From positions 17,730,095 through 17,794,094 of the forward strand of contig OZ316891.1 in the NCBI GenBank assembly GCA_973895155.1: a stretch of 64,000 nucleotides of DNA, given 5' to 3'. Both the position numbers and the translations under genes were made by a program. This document shows positions 37,209 through 49,885 of the stretch, piece after piece; position 1 is the first letter of the stretch; each line of letters starts with the position of its first letter. Source of the DNA: Marsupella aquatica. Lineage: Eukaryota > Plantae > Marchantiophyta. A model generated the notes under the pieces. It saw nothing but the letters and a program-made list of their open reading frames with translations, ran no database searches and was not told where the DNA came from.

Positions 37209-40200
37209 AAGTGTTGCTTTTGTGGAGATGTCGTGTGTTCACGTCCTCTGATAAGCACCTTCGATCAGCAAGGTGAGCAGGAGCTGTACTTGCCTCACCA
37301 ACAGCAACCAACCTTAAATTATCAGTTCCCACTCACTGTGTCATTCCATTGGTTCCAGCTAGGGGTCACAGTGTAAACATAGCATGAAACACTCCTAATC
37401 AACTTGCTTACAAACTACAATATCCAGAAAGAGTGAAAGTCTCACCCTCCAGTGAGCAGCAGAGAGGTAGTTCACTAGATGTGTTGATGTGCAGTTAAAC
37501 CTCCACTATTGCTTACTTCTGGTGTATGCTGCTCAGAAGAAGACATATTAGTAGCAGCAAATTGCAAATAATGGCCATAAGCAAACCGTGAGAGTTTGCA
37601 GAATGCTACAACAAATCCATCACAGCAGTGCTCCACAGGAATGAAACCAAGCAAAATTTGGTGACCTCGGCCAATGACAAGGCCAATGTAGTGAACAATC
37701 CTTGACCGATCAGGATATGGATTGGAATTACAATTAGTCAGCTCTTCTTCTTTGTTTTCTAACTCTGGGGCAAATGAGCATGACCAGGGAATTCTTTGAG
37801 AAATAGAAGTGCACAGGGAAAATGAAATTGGCTCATTGAGTTGCGCAAGACCGACCACTGCAGCATAAACAAACTCATGAAGAGGCAGAAAGGATAGCGT
37901 TGCCACAAGCGCAAAATCCCAACAGGTTTAAGTTGCAAAAAACTAACCCCTCCAAATGTGATTGCAACGGTGTTGAGGTCGTCTGTTCACCACCCCACTC
38001 CACCGTGGGAGCATTGGGCACAAGGCATGTTCGGATCCAGGGAGGAGAAAAATAGTCATGTGAAGCAACAAGTGTGGAGAGACCAATAAGTAAACAAAAA
38101 TAGGGAAGAACAATGCGGTGATCATGAGCAGCAGGAAACAAGAAAGTTGATTTGGGAGGGATTGTAGGGACAGAGCTTTTGGTGGGCTTGGCTGCGCGTT
38201 CATATCGGAAGATAGATGCGAGAGAGTGTGAAGAGGGTGGCAACCAACAAAGGCAGTGGCAAGCAAGCAAGCAATACACGATGATAACGGCAATCGGCAA
38301 TGGCGGTGGGAGGCAGCAATAGGCTAAATGAATATTCAGTACCAATCCGCAGCTCGTCCGATGAGAATGAGTGACATGAGGAAAATGCCAACACACTGAC
38401 CCACTACCAAGAAGAAAGAAAACCAATCTCAACCACCCTCTATCATCAATGACAGGACATATATTCAAAAATCCAAGCTGCAATTGATGGAAACAACAAC
38501 ATAAACAGAATTCTGAACATAAACTGCTCATGAAGCTTTCGGGATCATATATTCCAAGAGCAAATGTGAACATGCCAATATATGAAAGCTCTGGCATACA
38601 GTTCATTGCATTCCATAGAGACGTCTGCACCAAAGAGCTTGGAAGCAATTGCCTATCTGCTGGAAGCAGGAAACATATATGTAAATCCCAAGCCCATACT
38701 ACATTGGAGATGATCAGCTCACTCAGACAGACATTGCATTTTGATTAACCAAATGTAGCAGGCTAGCAGTGGGACGAAGGATAGGGCCAACACTAATGCA
38801 CAGCAGTGAACAACTATGATTAACCAAATGTCAGTAGCAGGCCAGTAGAGGGACGGAGGATAGGGCCAACACTAATGCGCAGCTGTGAAAGACTGACAAA
38901 TAGAAAGCAAACAAGAGCTTCAAATATAGAACATCAAACCTTCTGCAGCGGTCGATGGGCTTTGATTCACAGGTCGCCTGGCTCGGTCCCTTGTCGCAGC
39001 TCGCCCAGCTCCACAACACCGTAGACAAGGAGTTGGTTGGTCCAATTTCCACCATGCAGCGTTAGCAAAATGGCAATGCTTGATCTTCGCCCTCCGCCCT
39101 TTGCCCGAACCCCAAAATATCACAAGCACAGCTCCAACGTCCAACTGGCAACCCTCCCCCGAGCTTGCTTAGACGAAAATCAGCATAGCATAGCTGAGTT
39201 CAACGGAAATCATCTCAGCACCCACCCCAGCTGAACAAAGCTCACACAAGAGCTCATACGGGAGCTCACTATGGGAGTAAAAGAAAAATAGGAGGGCCGT
39301 GTGGCGCAACTACATGGACCTGTCAAACTCAGCGCCTCCTGAGAAGAACATTCCTGTCCGACCGCGACTGTAAAACCCTTCAAAACACTATGAACAAACA
39401 CTCACCTCTGACTTGTAACTTTGTCAATGTGGCCGACAAATCCCAGAGCGCTGCCGAGCTTGGTTGTTGCTCGAGTTGTAACAGTGCTCAGCTCAGCGAC
39501 GGTGACCCTAAACCAAATCCTTCGTCTCTAAGTCCGCACGTCTCTTAGTCCGCAGCGCCGACCACAAGAAAGGTGGAACACTAAACCTCACTATACAGTA
39601 GTGGCCGTGAATGCCCGTGAATGCCTGCAAAGACAACACAATAAAGTGCAAAGGGTTAGAAATGTGGCGGGATTAGGGTGTGACAGAGTGTGGAGGTGCA
39701 AAGTGTATGCAGAGTTGACCCTCCAACGGATGCTCCAACTCGCTCCCCTCCAACGGTCGCGCAAGTAGAAGCCCCGGCCCCTTGGGATTCCCTTACCGTA
39801 GTTCGCTCCAAAGCCAATGCCTTCTGTAGCAGGAGCGATCACCTCTACTGAAGCAGCTTCAATCGAACACACAACAACGGGGCGGGCAGCGACAACACTA
39901 ACAGTGAACGATAGACTACTCAAACGACCTCAAAATGGAACAAAAGCACGAGAAAACATTGAGGCAGAAGGCAAGTCCCTAGCACCAGGCAACCAAAGGA
40001 TCGGGACCAAAGGAAGGGATGACATGCCATTCCAACAACGGGAAGGGGGAACGGGACGCGGGAACGGGCAATATTTTGATGGTGGGGATGGATGCCGACA
40101 ATCCAATGGTCCCTAAACCCCCATCCCCTTAACATGCAACCCCCGACCCTTGACATCAAACCCCCCCTAAACCCCCTTTAGTGAAAACCCAGCCACCCCC

Positions 40201-40879
40201 TAGCCTTGACATATAAACCCCCTAAACGTCTTGACAACTCGACTGTGGCCATACTATCTTTGCAATGCCAGGGGCCATTTTTAGAGTGCCGCTTGCAAGC
40301 TCAGGCTCTCAAGATCCTCCCAAGGCAGCAAACAAGTTAGGGTCCCTAAACATGTTCCTTTACCCTAAACCATTGCATCACTATTTCAATCGAGTGTTCT
40401 TCGGCTGGACAACCCCCTAACCCTAAACCCACACCCCCTTGAGACCGGTACAAATCTACCTTTGTGCATCTCGGCCTTTTATAGATGGAGTTAGTAATCG
40501 ATCCCTCCGTAGTCCACTCTCCATGAACCTCACTCCAAAACCTTTTTGGTCACAAATAAGGCCATTTATTGAGTTATGCCCCTTGCTATCACCCTCTTTA
40601 TAGAATTACCCCTCCTCAACATAAGTGAACATTACCCATGATGTGCTAGACTATTCACCGTTCACAAAGTAGCAAGGTTACTTCTCATAGTCTTTTAGTG
40701 AACCATCAAACACTAATAGTCTTTTGTAGTCTTCAACAAAACCGGTGCAATGGGTGCGAGTCGTTTCAAGTATGGAAAAAGGACTTAGTGGGCTTAGTCC
40801 TATAAGGTATGGTCTAAATTGCCCCGGTTTCTACTAGTGACAGTTCTTCCTAGGGCCAACTCATGTATAGCATTTTTAT

Positions 40880-41290
40880 TGTTGAGCATAGACGACAATC
40901 GCAACGGCAAACCCATGAACCATCCAACACACAAGAGTTGACACAGAGAGATACGTGGTTCACCTCCTCATGAGGCTATGTCCACGGGAACACACATGAG
41001 CTTTACTGCACTCTAGGCCGACCGACCATACCAAGCATCCACAACGCAAGCTCTCTCTATCTCTCAACTAGCTCTATAATAATGAGCCTGAGTTCCCACT
41101 CTCCAAGCAAACACCGCTTGGTTATAGAGTGTGCACAACATGACTAACTTAACCAAGTCTGCGACTAAGGTTAGCCTTAATTACGATATAGTCGTAACTC
41201 TAGACCTAAGAGTAAATCGTAACACTAATTAATTGTAAAAATCTCAACTATTGTGTGGGGTTTCCAATGGGAACCATACAATACTCAAGA
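40880..41290 (-). mobile_element. Solo LTR (Copia-like), no matching TSD
   Basis: Ends ..CTCAACA on the minus strand at 40880; contains the U5-type CCCGTGGACATAG..GTGAACCACGT motif; homologous to 60688-61030. The other end is 41249 or 41290. Confidence 0.7.
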
Positions 41291-41325
41291 ATGAGCACAA
41301 AATTGTTTGCATCCGGAATTTGTGG

Positions 41326-41510
41326 CTAGGAGCAAAATCTGTGGGTAAGAGAAGGTATTTTTTTGTTGCATGTGTGGTGTGATATGGTATGTCTTCTTTC
41401 TGTTTGCACTCCATCATCAATAATATAACCCTTCAATTCTTCAAATGAATCAAAGTTCTGCCCAACTTTTAGTCTAGTTTTCCATTCAAAAATATCATGG
41501 TGGTTCATTG
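41326..41510 (-). pseudogene. MULE transposase 5' part (MuDR N-terminal domain)
   Basis: LKVGQNFDSFEELKGYI matches the MuDR L.VG..F.S.EE.K motif. 40843-40877 encodes KNAIHELALGRT, in frame with VVISDREKG across the CACTA insertion. Confidence 0.7.
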
Positions 41511-44437
41511 CCCTACAAAGAGAAAGCAACATCAAATTCAGCATCTGGAATTAAAGCTCACCTGAAAGTGCACATGGTCATAGAGTTAAGCAACGATAGC
41601 AAACTAAGGGCAACTATTCAATACGAATGCATAGACGTAACACACAGAAAAGACAATCTTTGAATCACAATCACACAAACAAATGAGAGATAATGCAACA
41701 ATTCAATCACAATCCCACAGAGAAAGAGCAGAGTTTATCAAGCTCACATAGTTGAAGAAATTGATCAAATTCCTACCAGATCATAGACATTTGAATAGTT
41801 GCAATTTGATTGTTGTCTTCAGTTGTGCTTGAACACTTGTCTATGGAGATAGGAGCCAGCTGCTTATGGAGCCATGTTGTCCAATCACAAAATCTCCAAG
41901 ACAAATAAGAAACACACAGTCAACAACCTCTGAAATTTTGGTAAAAACCGACAGAAATTGCAGCTCAAATTGGGTAGCAATCTAGGGGTAAAATGGTCTA
42001 ATGTGGAGGTAGTAAAGGAATGGGAGAGGAGAGGAGGTTATGGAGGGGGAACCCACATCCCAACAAGCTACCCCATGCTCATTTTTGCCTGCCCAAACCA
42101 AAGATTGATATCTCAAATCAACGTTGAACAAACCGTGCCGCTGGAAAACTAATTTTTGCAAGGGAAGTTCCAATCTGAATGTAGTGGCTATGGAGGCAGG
42201 AGAGGAGGGGAGACTATGGACAGGAGAATTGTGGTTCCAACTAGCTACTCCACTCTTGCTTTTGTCTATCCAATCCAAAGACATGCTAATCAAAGTTCAG
42301 GTGAATTGTGCTGCAAAATTGATTGTTTAACAGAAAAGTTGCATTTTCTTTGGGGAAAATCCAATTTGAATGTAGTGGCCATGGAGGCATGAGAGGGAGG
42401 GGAAGGGAGGGAAGAATATGGAGGGGGAAGTCACAATTATAACAAGCTACTCCACGCTCATTTTCACCTACCCAATGGAAAGATACATGACATATATCAA
42501 AGTGGAAGGTCTGCTGTCACTATCAACTCCTATTTCCTTAGGCAAAACTGTAAGTCCTTTATTCACTTTGCATTTTCTTTGGGAAAAACGTGAATGCAAT
42601 GTTTGTGTTTCTCTCCTATGCTACAAGCATTGATTAGGAGCCGACGGGATTGAGAGGAACCAACAAAAAACATCAGGGAGAGGTTTTTGACAGCGGGAGA
42701 GGGCTGGCAGGGGGGAGCTCACACTAGGCGACCAACCCCTTCAGTTGGGGCAGAACAAGTTGGGCAGAGATTTTTTGAGGGAAAATTCCCACCATTGGAT
42801 GCATACATGTGGCATGATTTCAGCCGTTGGATGAGTATGAGTTAAACATAGGTGGTTAACTTAACCCCTGCTGCAAAAAGGTGGCATTCTAGTAAATAAG
42901 CATGACAAGGTAATAATTTTGCAATAAAAAGGTGGCAAAGCAGTAAGTCTCAATTTTCAAGTGGCCACTCTCTAGCATTTGGGGAAAGGGAAGCAACCGG
43001 CTGCCCAGCCTAGTAATGACCCAAAGGCTTTGATTTTGGACACCTCCTGACTGGGAGAATTAACTTACTTTGTTCTTCCCAAAAATTTCCTAGCGTGTGA
43101 AGACAAAAGACAATGCACTGCCCATGACATAGTGCATGCCCTATACTTTAAAAAATGCCCTCCTAGGGATTCCATCAAGGCACTTTGATTTTTGTCCATA
43201 ATTTCTTAACTTAGTGTCATCAAGAGAATGCATGGCAATGACACAATGCTCAATATTGTGACAAAATGCTCCTGGCTTGCTACACTAGGGAGGGAAAGTA
43301 CTCTCAGGCCATGGGTTGCTGGTGCTATTTGTTTAGACGTTTACAAGGGGAGGTTTTGGGCTCTGGTGGGGACTTGCTTGCTTTGATTGCCTTCTTTGTC
43401 GGGAGGATTCTACTGACTTGGTTTGTTTTATACGTCGCAAGATGCTATGGGTATTGTGGAATGGTAGGAATAAGAGGGTATTTACTCAAGCGGCTGCCAT
43501 TCGCCCATTCATTTATTTTTGCCTAGTGCTCTTAAATGACTGATCCTTTGCAAGTGGTTAGCTTAATTGCATACCCCTAAGCAGGAAACTTATGTGTCCA
43601 CTAAGTGCAAAAGAAGTGCTTATTAGGGAAAGAAAACTATTATGGGCGCACAGTGGCACTCATTTTCTTTAGGAGGAAATTTTCATTGGTTTGTGAGTGT
43701 TAGAACCAGTTTTATTGTTGGCTAATTGGCATTCAGAAACACTAAAATACTATGAGCTATGGGCCATGTCTTAGGTAGGATGTGGTGTTTGCTGTCTTTT
43801 ATGGCTTACAGCCTGGTTCTGCCCTCCTTCAAGGAATTGTCCTTTTATGTTCCTTGTTCTTTTGGGCTGTATTACTTCCCCTTTCTGTAGGGTTATCACG
43901 GTTTAAATAGGGGGTCTCAAATATTGGGCCAGGCAATTCCTACAGATGACCGTTTTAGGTGGCGGACGCGGCTAAAACTTGTACGACACTCCCTCTGTGT
44001 GGCCTGCACACTCATATTGTGGCAATTTACCATTTCCCGAGAAAAGTTTGGCCCGAACGGTCAGCACAATTTAAATTGGTGGTCTAACACTCTTATCATC
44101 CTGTCATACACAAATTTCCACTCTCACAAGAGGGAAATGCTATCGCAATCAAGTTGGGAGCTTATCGTCGACGATCGCGAATTGATCAGAGGTGCATAAC
44201 GGAGTGTGTGTCAATGGAGAGTGTTTCAATCAGACGTCAAAGTGTTTAGAGTTTAGCATTGACAGCCAACATTGGGAGCTTATCATCAACGGGACGCCAA
44301 TGCCAGCAAGCTTGAATCAACAATCTTGTGTAAGTTCTTTTGACTCTTGACATGCATGCTCTGTTGTCCACTCTTGAAGTACCATGCATGAAAATATTTG
44401 GGGCCTGAGTCTAAATTTTTCTTTGCCATAAAAAGAG

Positions 44438-44924
44438 ATGGCACAGTGGACATCCCTATCTGAAGTGGACGATAGTAGGGGCAAAGGCATCATGATGACA
44501 TTTCGAGCAACATTAGTGTGGATAGCCAACTACATTGCGCCTAATCCCTATCCTCAAAAAATTCTCTATCAAGCCTGCTCTAAGAGACTACCTAGCGGTC
44601 AAATTTGTTCTAAGTCACTTGAGTTTGGCCATGTCCCAAACATGACGAAGCTCTTGTATGGAACTTTTGATTTAGGGTCGTTATTTTGATGTTGTTCATG
44701 GAGAAATACATCCTCTCCATGTCAACTTGTGGGACATGGCTTCTGTACTACTTCGATGCTCAGCTAAGGAATTTAGTGCAAGAACCAAAATTCAACAACT
44801 TGGGTATATGCAAGCGCTGATGGAGGGCACTCCACGAGCAGAGTTCGTGCTGAGAACAACAGATCAGGATGTGGTAGTGTATAAATTAACATGTTGGACA
44901 ACCCACACATCCCTCTACCTATAG
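44438..44924 (+). pseudogene. RPA70 C-terminal OB-fold-like ORF, frameshifted
   Basis: MTFRATLVWI..LYQACSK..CSKSL, then after a frameshift VNLWDMASVLLRCSAKEF, resembling RPA1 DBD-C (Y.AC..C.KK..LLG.SA.E). Confidence 0.55.
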
Positions 44925-46369
44925 CAAGAAGGGCTTGTTGGACTCCTGAAGTAGTCGGTGCAAAAAACACGGCAAGAAACAGGGGAATGCCAAGAAACTA
45001 TTTGAAAAACTCTATAGGGCCATTAGGAGCACTCATTTAAGTGACTGTGACTGATTTTAATGAGGGCAGGGAGGTAGGGTTTATGGCTTCTTATGTAGCA
45101 AAGCTTTCAATGGTGGGCAATTAGGGCTTTAATTGTACTGTGTAACACCCTGTACTATTGTGCTGGATTATTGTGTAATTCATATGCCTACTATAAATTG
45201 AAATCCTGCCTTGGCATTTTGCACATTGCTGCCCATGATTTTGTGATTTGCTTGAATCAATTTCCCATGTATTTGTTGTTGTGTCACAGGGTGAAGAAGC
45301 CATTCTGAATTATATCAAAGATCTCCAATCGCCAACAATGCTTGAAATAGGTTTGTGAGCATCTGTATTTGAGTGTTCTGATGGAAACCTCAAGTGATGA
45401 TGATGGCATGAGTGGCTCTTCAGATCACTCCTCTCAGATATTCATGTCGCCAAATACTGACAGTGATTCTAAGTGTGGGTCATCGTCTGTTTCAGAGGTT
45501 GGATTTGTTGATGATCCTAGTGATGTCCATGCAAAACCGGCAGAGTGGATTCACTTATATGTTTGTGTGGATAGTCAGATGTGTGCAAAGATTCTCCTAA
45601 ATCTGATTTTTGTTCCTTTGCTCCATTTATCATAGTCACAAATGCCTATGAAGGCCGTCTTGTCAAATGGATGGCCTGACACAACCCACAATCGCTTACT
45701 TGTACGCATTAAGTCATCTAAATGAGATGGCATGATTGCTTGAATAAAGTATAAGCGAAAGGAATGGATTGCCTAAGGTAAGACGAATGAAACTTAGGGA
45801 TTCAAGAACACCTCCCTACAAATTGTCCTCTATGAAAAGACACAGGGTGGACTAATAAGATGGAAAAACGCATAATACAAACAACTAAGGGTGAATGGTA
45901 ATTAAGGGACCCTAAAACATGAACTATGTCTAAGTGCACAATGCACATGTCCAAATTGTCATACACAAACCTGACTGGCTTGCTTGTCATTCATAAACCG
46001 ATTCACAAAAACCAGCAATAGAGAACTAGTATAGAAAGCAATCTTTGACTTGTCAATGAAATAAAAATGCAAAACTCTTTGAAGAAATGCATTTATTTAG
46101 AATTTGCAAAAAGTTTCATACATGTGCCAAACTGACCATCCGCCTCAGGATTGAACACAAATCTTGACATTTCTTGCCTCCCTGTACTATTTCTACCCCT
46201 GCATGTAACTAAGGTGAACATGTCATTACTAAAGACCTTGTCCCACACATACTATTACTCATCTTCTCCATCAATAGGTGGAATTGAATCTGTTAGTGAA
46301 GGTGCATTCTACCATGTTGATGAGCCTACCAATTTCTGTTTGGGTTTTGTTGCTCTTAAACAATTATGT

Positions 46370-47841
46370 CATCAGTTGTGCCTTTGTGTTCATCTAAGTC
46401 ATAAAGTGTTGGTGACGCTAGCTGATCCATCCTGAGGCGCTACTCAGCTTGTGACGCTGAGAATATCTCTAGCTTCATTTTGTGGCCCCTGTCCAACTTG
46501 TCCTTCTTGGCAAGATTGGCTCTTGCTTTTTGCCTATTGTCAATCTCATCCTTCTTCCACAGACTGGACTTTGCTATGGATCAACTCCTTCCAAAAGCCT
46601 GTGTTCTCCTTTTGTTGCTCTGCATACATAGCTGCTAGACTGCCTTTTGAAGTGGCAATCCCTTCAAAGTTGGGCTTCTTCTTACTTGTTGATGGGTTTT
46701 CATTCACGTTCCCTCTTGATGTGGACCCAGTTTGATTGGGTGCTCCAGCTACACGGGCCGCTTGTCCTCCACTCTGGTTGGGCCTACATGGATGTTGAGT
46801 TGGAGGAGGATTTGCTTGTTAATTTGTGGTCTCATCTATGTAGTTCTCACCTCCTCGGTTCCGGCAGTAGGGCATTGTTCGGTTTACCCTGGCCTTGGAG
46901 TCGGAACTTGTTCCTTGCCAAGAGGATGAACAGAATCTTTGTCTATTTCTGGTGGAGAATCTACAAGCAAAGATTTCAATATTGTGTGTGTAAGCCTGGC
47001 GAATAAGATAGTACCAAGATGAGTTGCATGCGCAACAGAGATTGGGAATCAAATTAAAAATTAGTTGATTCTAAAAGTATGCAAAAGAACTGGCCTTGCA
47101 TTGCAGATTGACAAGACAATACTACGATTATCACAACACTTGCCATAATTAAGCCAAGTATCCACCACATTATTGTTATCCTTTCTTTCTTCACCTTGTT
47201 CATCAGTTGTGTCTGGGGCTTCAATGATGCCACATCCTGCAAAGCCATGACTGACTAAGCCTGGGGGTTGGAGGTTGGCTCGTTCTGCACAAATTGCATG
47301 CATCCTGCTAAACAAAGGGCACATCTTGTAACTCCTCCTCCACATTGTAACTCCTCCTCGGTTAGGCCACCACATGAGGAATTCTTCAGCATCAAGGCTT
47401 TCTTGTACATATCCTGGTACCTTCCAAATCTCTTGGCCAAAATTGCTCCATCCATCTTTGGGAAGTCGTAGTCAGCTAACACTCCTGCCATGGAAGTAAA
47501 GACAGACTTCTTGGACTGATAACAATTTCTTGGCTTTGTCTTTCTACCTGCTCCAAAAATGACATTGTAATTGTCATGAACTTCTAACTAGTCTATGATC
47601 AATGCATAGTATTCCTTGTCCACTTCCTTGTTGAGGATTGGGTACCACCTACTTGACGACTAGTTCCTTGGGTACTCGGCATTGCTGGACGTGCAGGTAC
47701 TGGCTAGCAAGGACGCATTGCAGGTGGTGTAAGCTCGCGCACAGGAGTATGGGGGAGCACAACGCGTGGAGGGATGGAGGTGCATTGAGCTCCACCACCC
47801 GACCTCCAATCCATTCCGGAAGCCAGAGCCTGCACATCCAT
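46370..47841 (-). pseudogene. Harbinger-associated Myb/SANT-like DNA-binding protein
   Basis: RKWT..IID*LEVHDNYNVIFGAGRKT..KRFGRYQDMYKKA..GGLTEEE..KMCPLFSRMHAI..RANLQP, then a charged C-terminus; stops and frameshifts; 3' limit approximate. Confidence 0.6.
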
Positions 47842-49885
47842 CAGCTCATCTAAATGCGCGACCTGCTCAACGTTCTCCACGTTTTTGCTACACTCTTCCC
47901 GTCTTCCCCCTTTGCGCTGATTTCGAAACTCTTTAAATGTTTCTTCTTTCCTACATAGTGCGATGTATTGAGCATTTCAAAATGAATGTGCGGGGCCTCT
48001 CAAAATTCTGAACACCCTGTCTTGCGGCAAAGACCCCATTCCCGTAGTTGACGTTCCCCGGTATGTAAAAAAACTATTTAAAAAAAAATCTGGACCGCTG
48101 TCAAACTTGTCCGTGGGCTGACTTACAGGCAAAATATTTCGTCCGGGAAAACATAAAGCGACCCTATATTTGAGACCCCCTAATATAACATGTTCCTGGG
48201 AATTATTGTTTGAGGATTTTCCGTGATAGAGATTTTGGCCAGGTTTAACCTGACGGGCAAGTTGTCATGCCGAGGGACAGTGCCGCTTGTGCACATCGGC
48301 ATGTCCCTCGCATGCCCGCTAGGTATGTAGTTAGGGCTAGTGTACTACTTGAGTTAGTGTCATGTTCTTGTAGCAAGTCTGGGCCGTTCTTGAAGCAAAA
48401 CGTGTTTGTTAGTGTGACGCCTTGACTTGATCTACTTAGGGCATGTCTTTCTTTGTCGGTTTTCAGTTCTTCTTGAATCGCTGTGAGACAGAGTTTTTCA
48501 AAGGCTGCTCGTCGGTTCCGTACACGGAATTCACACAGTGATTCGTTAGATGCTCCCGGCCGATCTTGGCATCTCGCCGGTTTTCGATTCAATTTCAGTA
48601 CGTTTGTTTCTATCACGCCTTTTATTCAAGAAGAACTCTGTCGCCGGGTTAGCGGTGAAGGGAAGAAGATCGGAGACGCTGTGCTTCTCAATTGCTCGAG
48701 ACAGTTGACGCTTTTCCGCTGATGCCGGTGCAATTTCTATGGAAAAACGTTGAGCAATGGGGTGGAAGTTATGGCTTTTGTGTATACACTTAAGTATATA
48801 CACTTAAGTCAAACAGGCCCCCCCTCACTCTTTTCCTTCGCGCTTTGCTTTCAGGGTTTTCCATTTCCCGGCCACGGCTGCCATCCTGCATCGGCTGCCG
48901 TGCGACAACCTCCGCATTGCCTCGGCCACCGTGCGACTGCTTCTCGACTACATAGGGCCTCGCGCCCGTTTTCTTTTCGCCCTTTGCTGCCATTTTTTGC
49001 CTTCGTCGGCTTGCCACTCCTTTCGCGTTGGTGTGCAGGCTGTGCATAGGGCATCGTGCCTTTGCCTCGCCCATTTTCCTTCCTTCTTTTCCTTACCGTT
49101 ATCAGCAATTAAAGCACTTAGATGAGGGGGAAGTGAGCGCAAGGAAAGGAGAGGGCACGAGGCCCACCAGGAAGCATTAAAGCAGGAGAGGAGGGGGAGC
49201 GAGTGTGCAAGGAGAGGGCACGAGGCCCTATGCTGCAATTAAAGGAGGGGAGGGGGAGCTCGTAGCTTCCCTTCGGAAGCTCTTAAGGTGGGGCACGAAG
49301 CCCTATGGAGGGCTCATGCCATTAAGAGGGCCCGGTTTCTTTCGCCTCGCCCCCTTTCTGCCTCGTATTCCGCCTCTCTCTTTTCTTTTTGGCAGTCGTC
49401 TTTCCTTCCGCCTCGCAACGACTTGCATAGGGCCTCCGCAGGCTGCCTGTGCATAGGGCGCCGTGCCCAGAGTGTGTTTACACACTCGGCCAATTCCCTT
49501 GTGGCCGATTTTGCTGCCGACGCGCGCCCGGTCTCTTTTCCATCGTGCTTGCTAGTTCCCGGGTCCACATCGGGCCCGATGTATACACTTAACCGGGCCC
49601 CATGTTTATACATTTGAAAGGGCCCATGTATACACTTAAGGGGGCCCCAGGTTTACATTTTTAAGGGCCCATTTTTCCGGGTCAATCTGGCAAGCACAAC
49701 ACCGGCACAATTGGAGTTTTTAAGGGTCTTTTCTTTGCCGACGGTTTTTCTGTGTGTTTACACATTCGACACATTTCTGCCTCACATCGTTTGTTTCCTT
49801 TGTGGGTTTTATTTCCTAGCCTTGGGGCTGCCATTTCTTTTTCTTGTCAGTTTCTTTCCCATTGGCACCCAGGTGAGCATGCAGC

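Larger units (their letters stand above)
24742..40839 (-). mobile_element. Complete CACTA (En/Spm) transposon, 16,098 bp, with TnpD, TnpA and four cargo ORFs
   Basis: Perfect 18-bp TIR CACTAGTAGAAACCGGGG (continuing ATTTAGACC after a short gap), 3-bp TSD ACA (24739-24741, 40840-40842), AGTC-rich subterminal repeats at both ends. Confidence 0.96.
22025..42951 (-). mobile_element. Mutator-like (MULE/Foldback-type) element with long, internally repetitive TIRs; hosts the nested CACTA and a solo LTR
   Basis: 22025-22633 is an inverted copy of 41872-42458, built of about 190-bp subunits (GTAGCTTGTT core). The right end reads GAGACTTACTGCTTTGCCACC inward from 42951. The outer left TIR is missing, so no TSD can be found. 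MuDRA-type remnants lie inside. Confidence 0.8.
43910..48180. mobile_element. PIF/Harbinger-like element, 4.27 kb, no transposase recognised
   Basis: TIR GGGGGTCTCAAATAT(T/A)GGG at both ends; flanks ATA| and |TAA (imperfect TWA-type TSD); contains a Myb/SANT-like ORF. Confidence 0.7.

Noticed and set aside
37475-38648. 257-aa and 143-aa minus-strand ORFs as extra CACTA cargo
   Set aside because: Leu/Cys/Phe-rich composition typical of T-rich intron or UTR sequence and no motifs; the longer one lacks an ATG at its called start.
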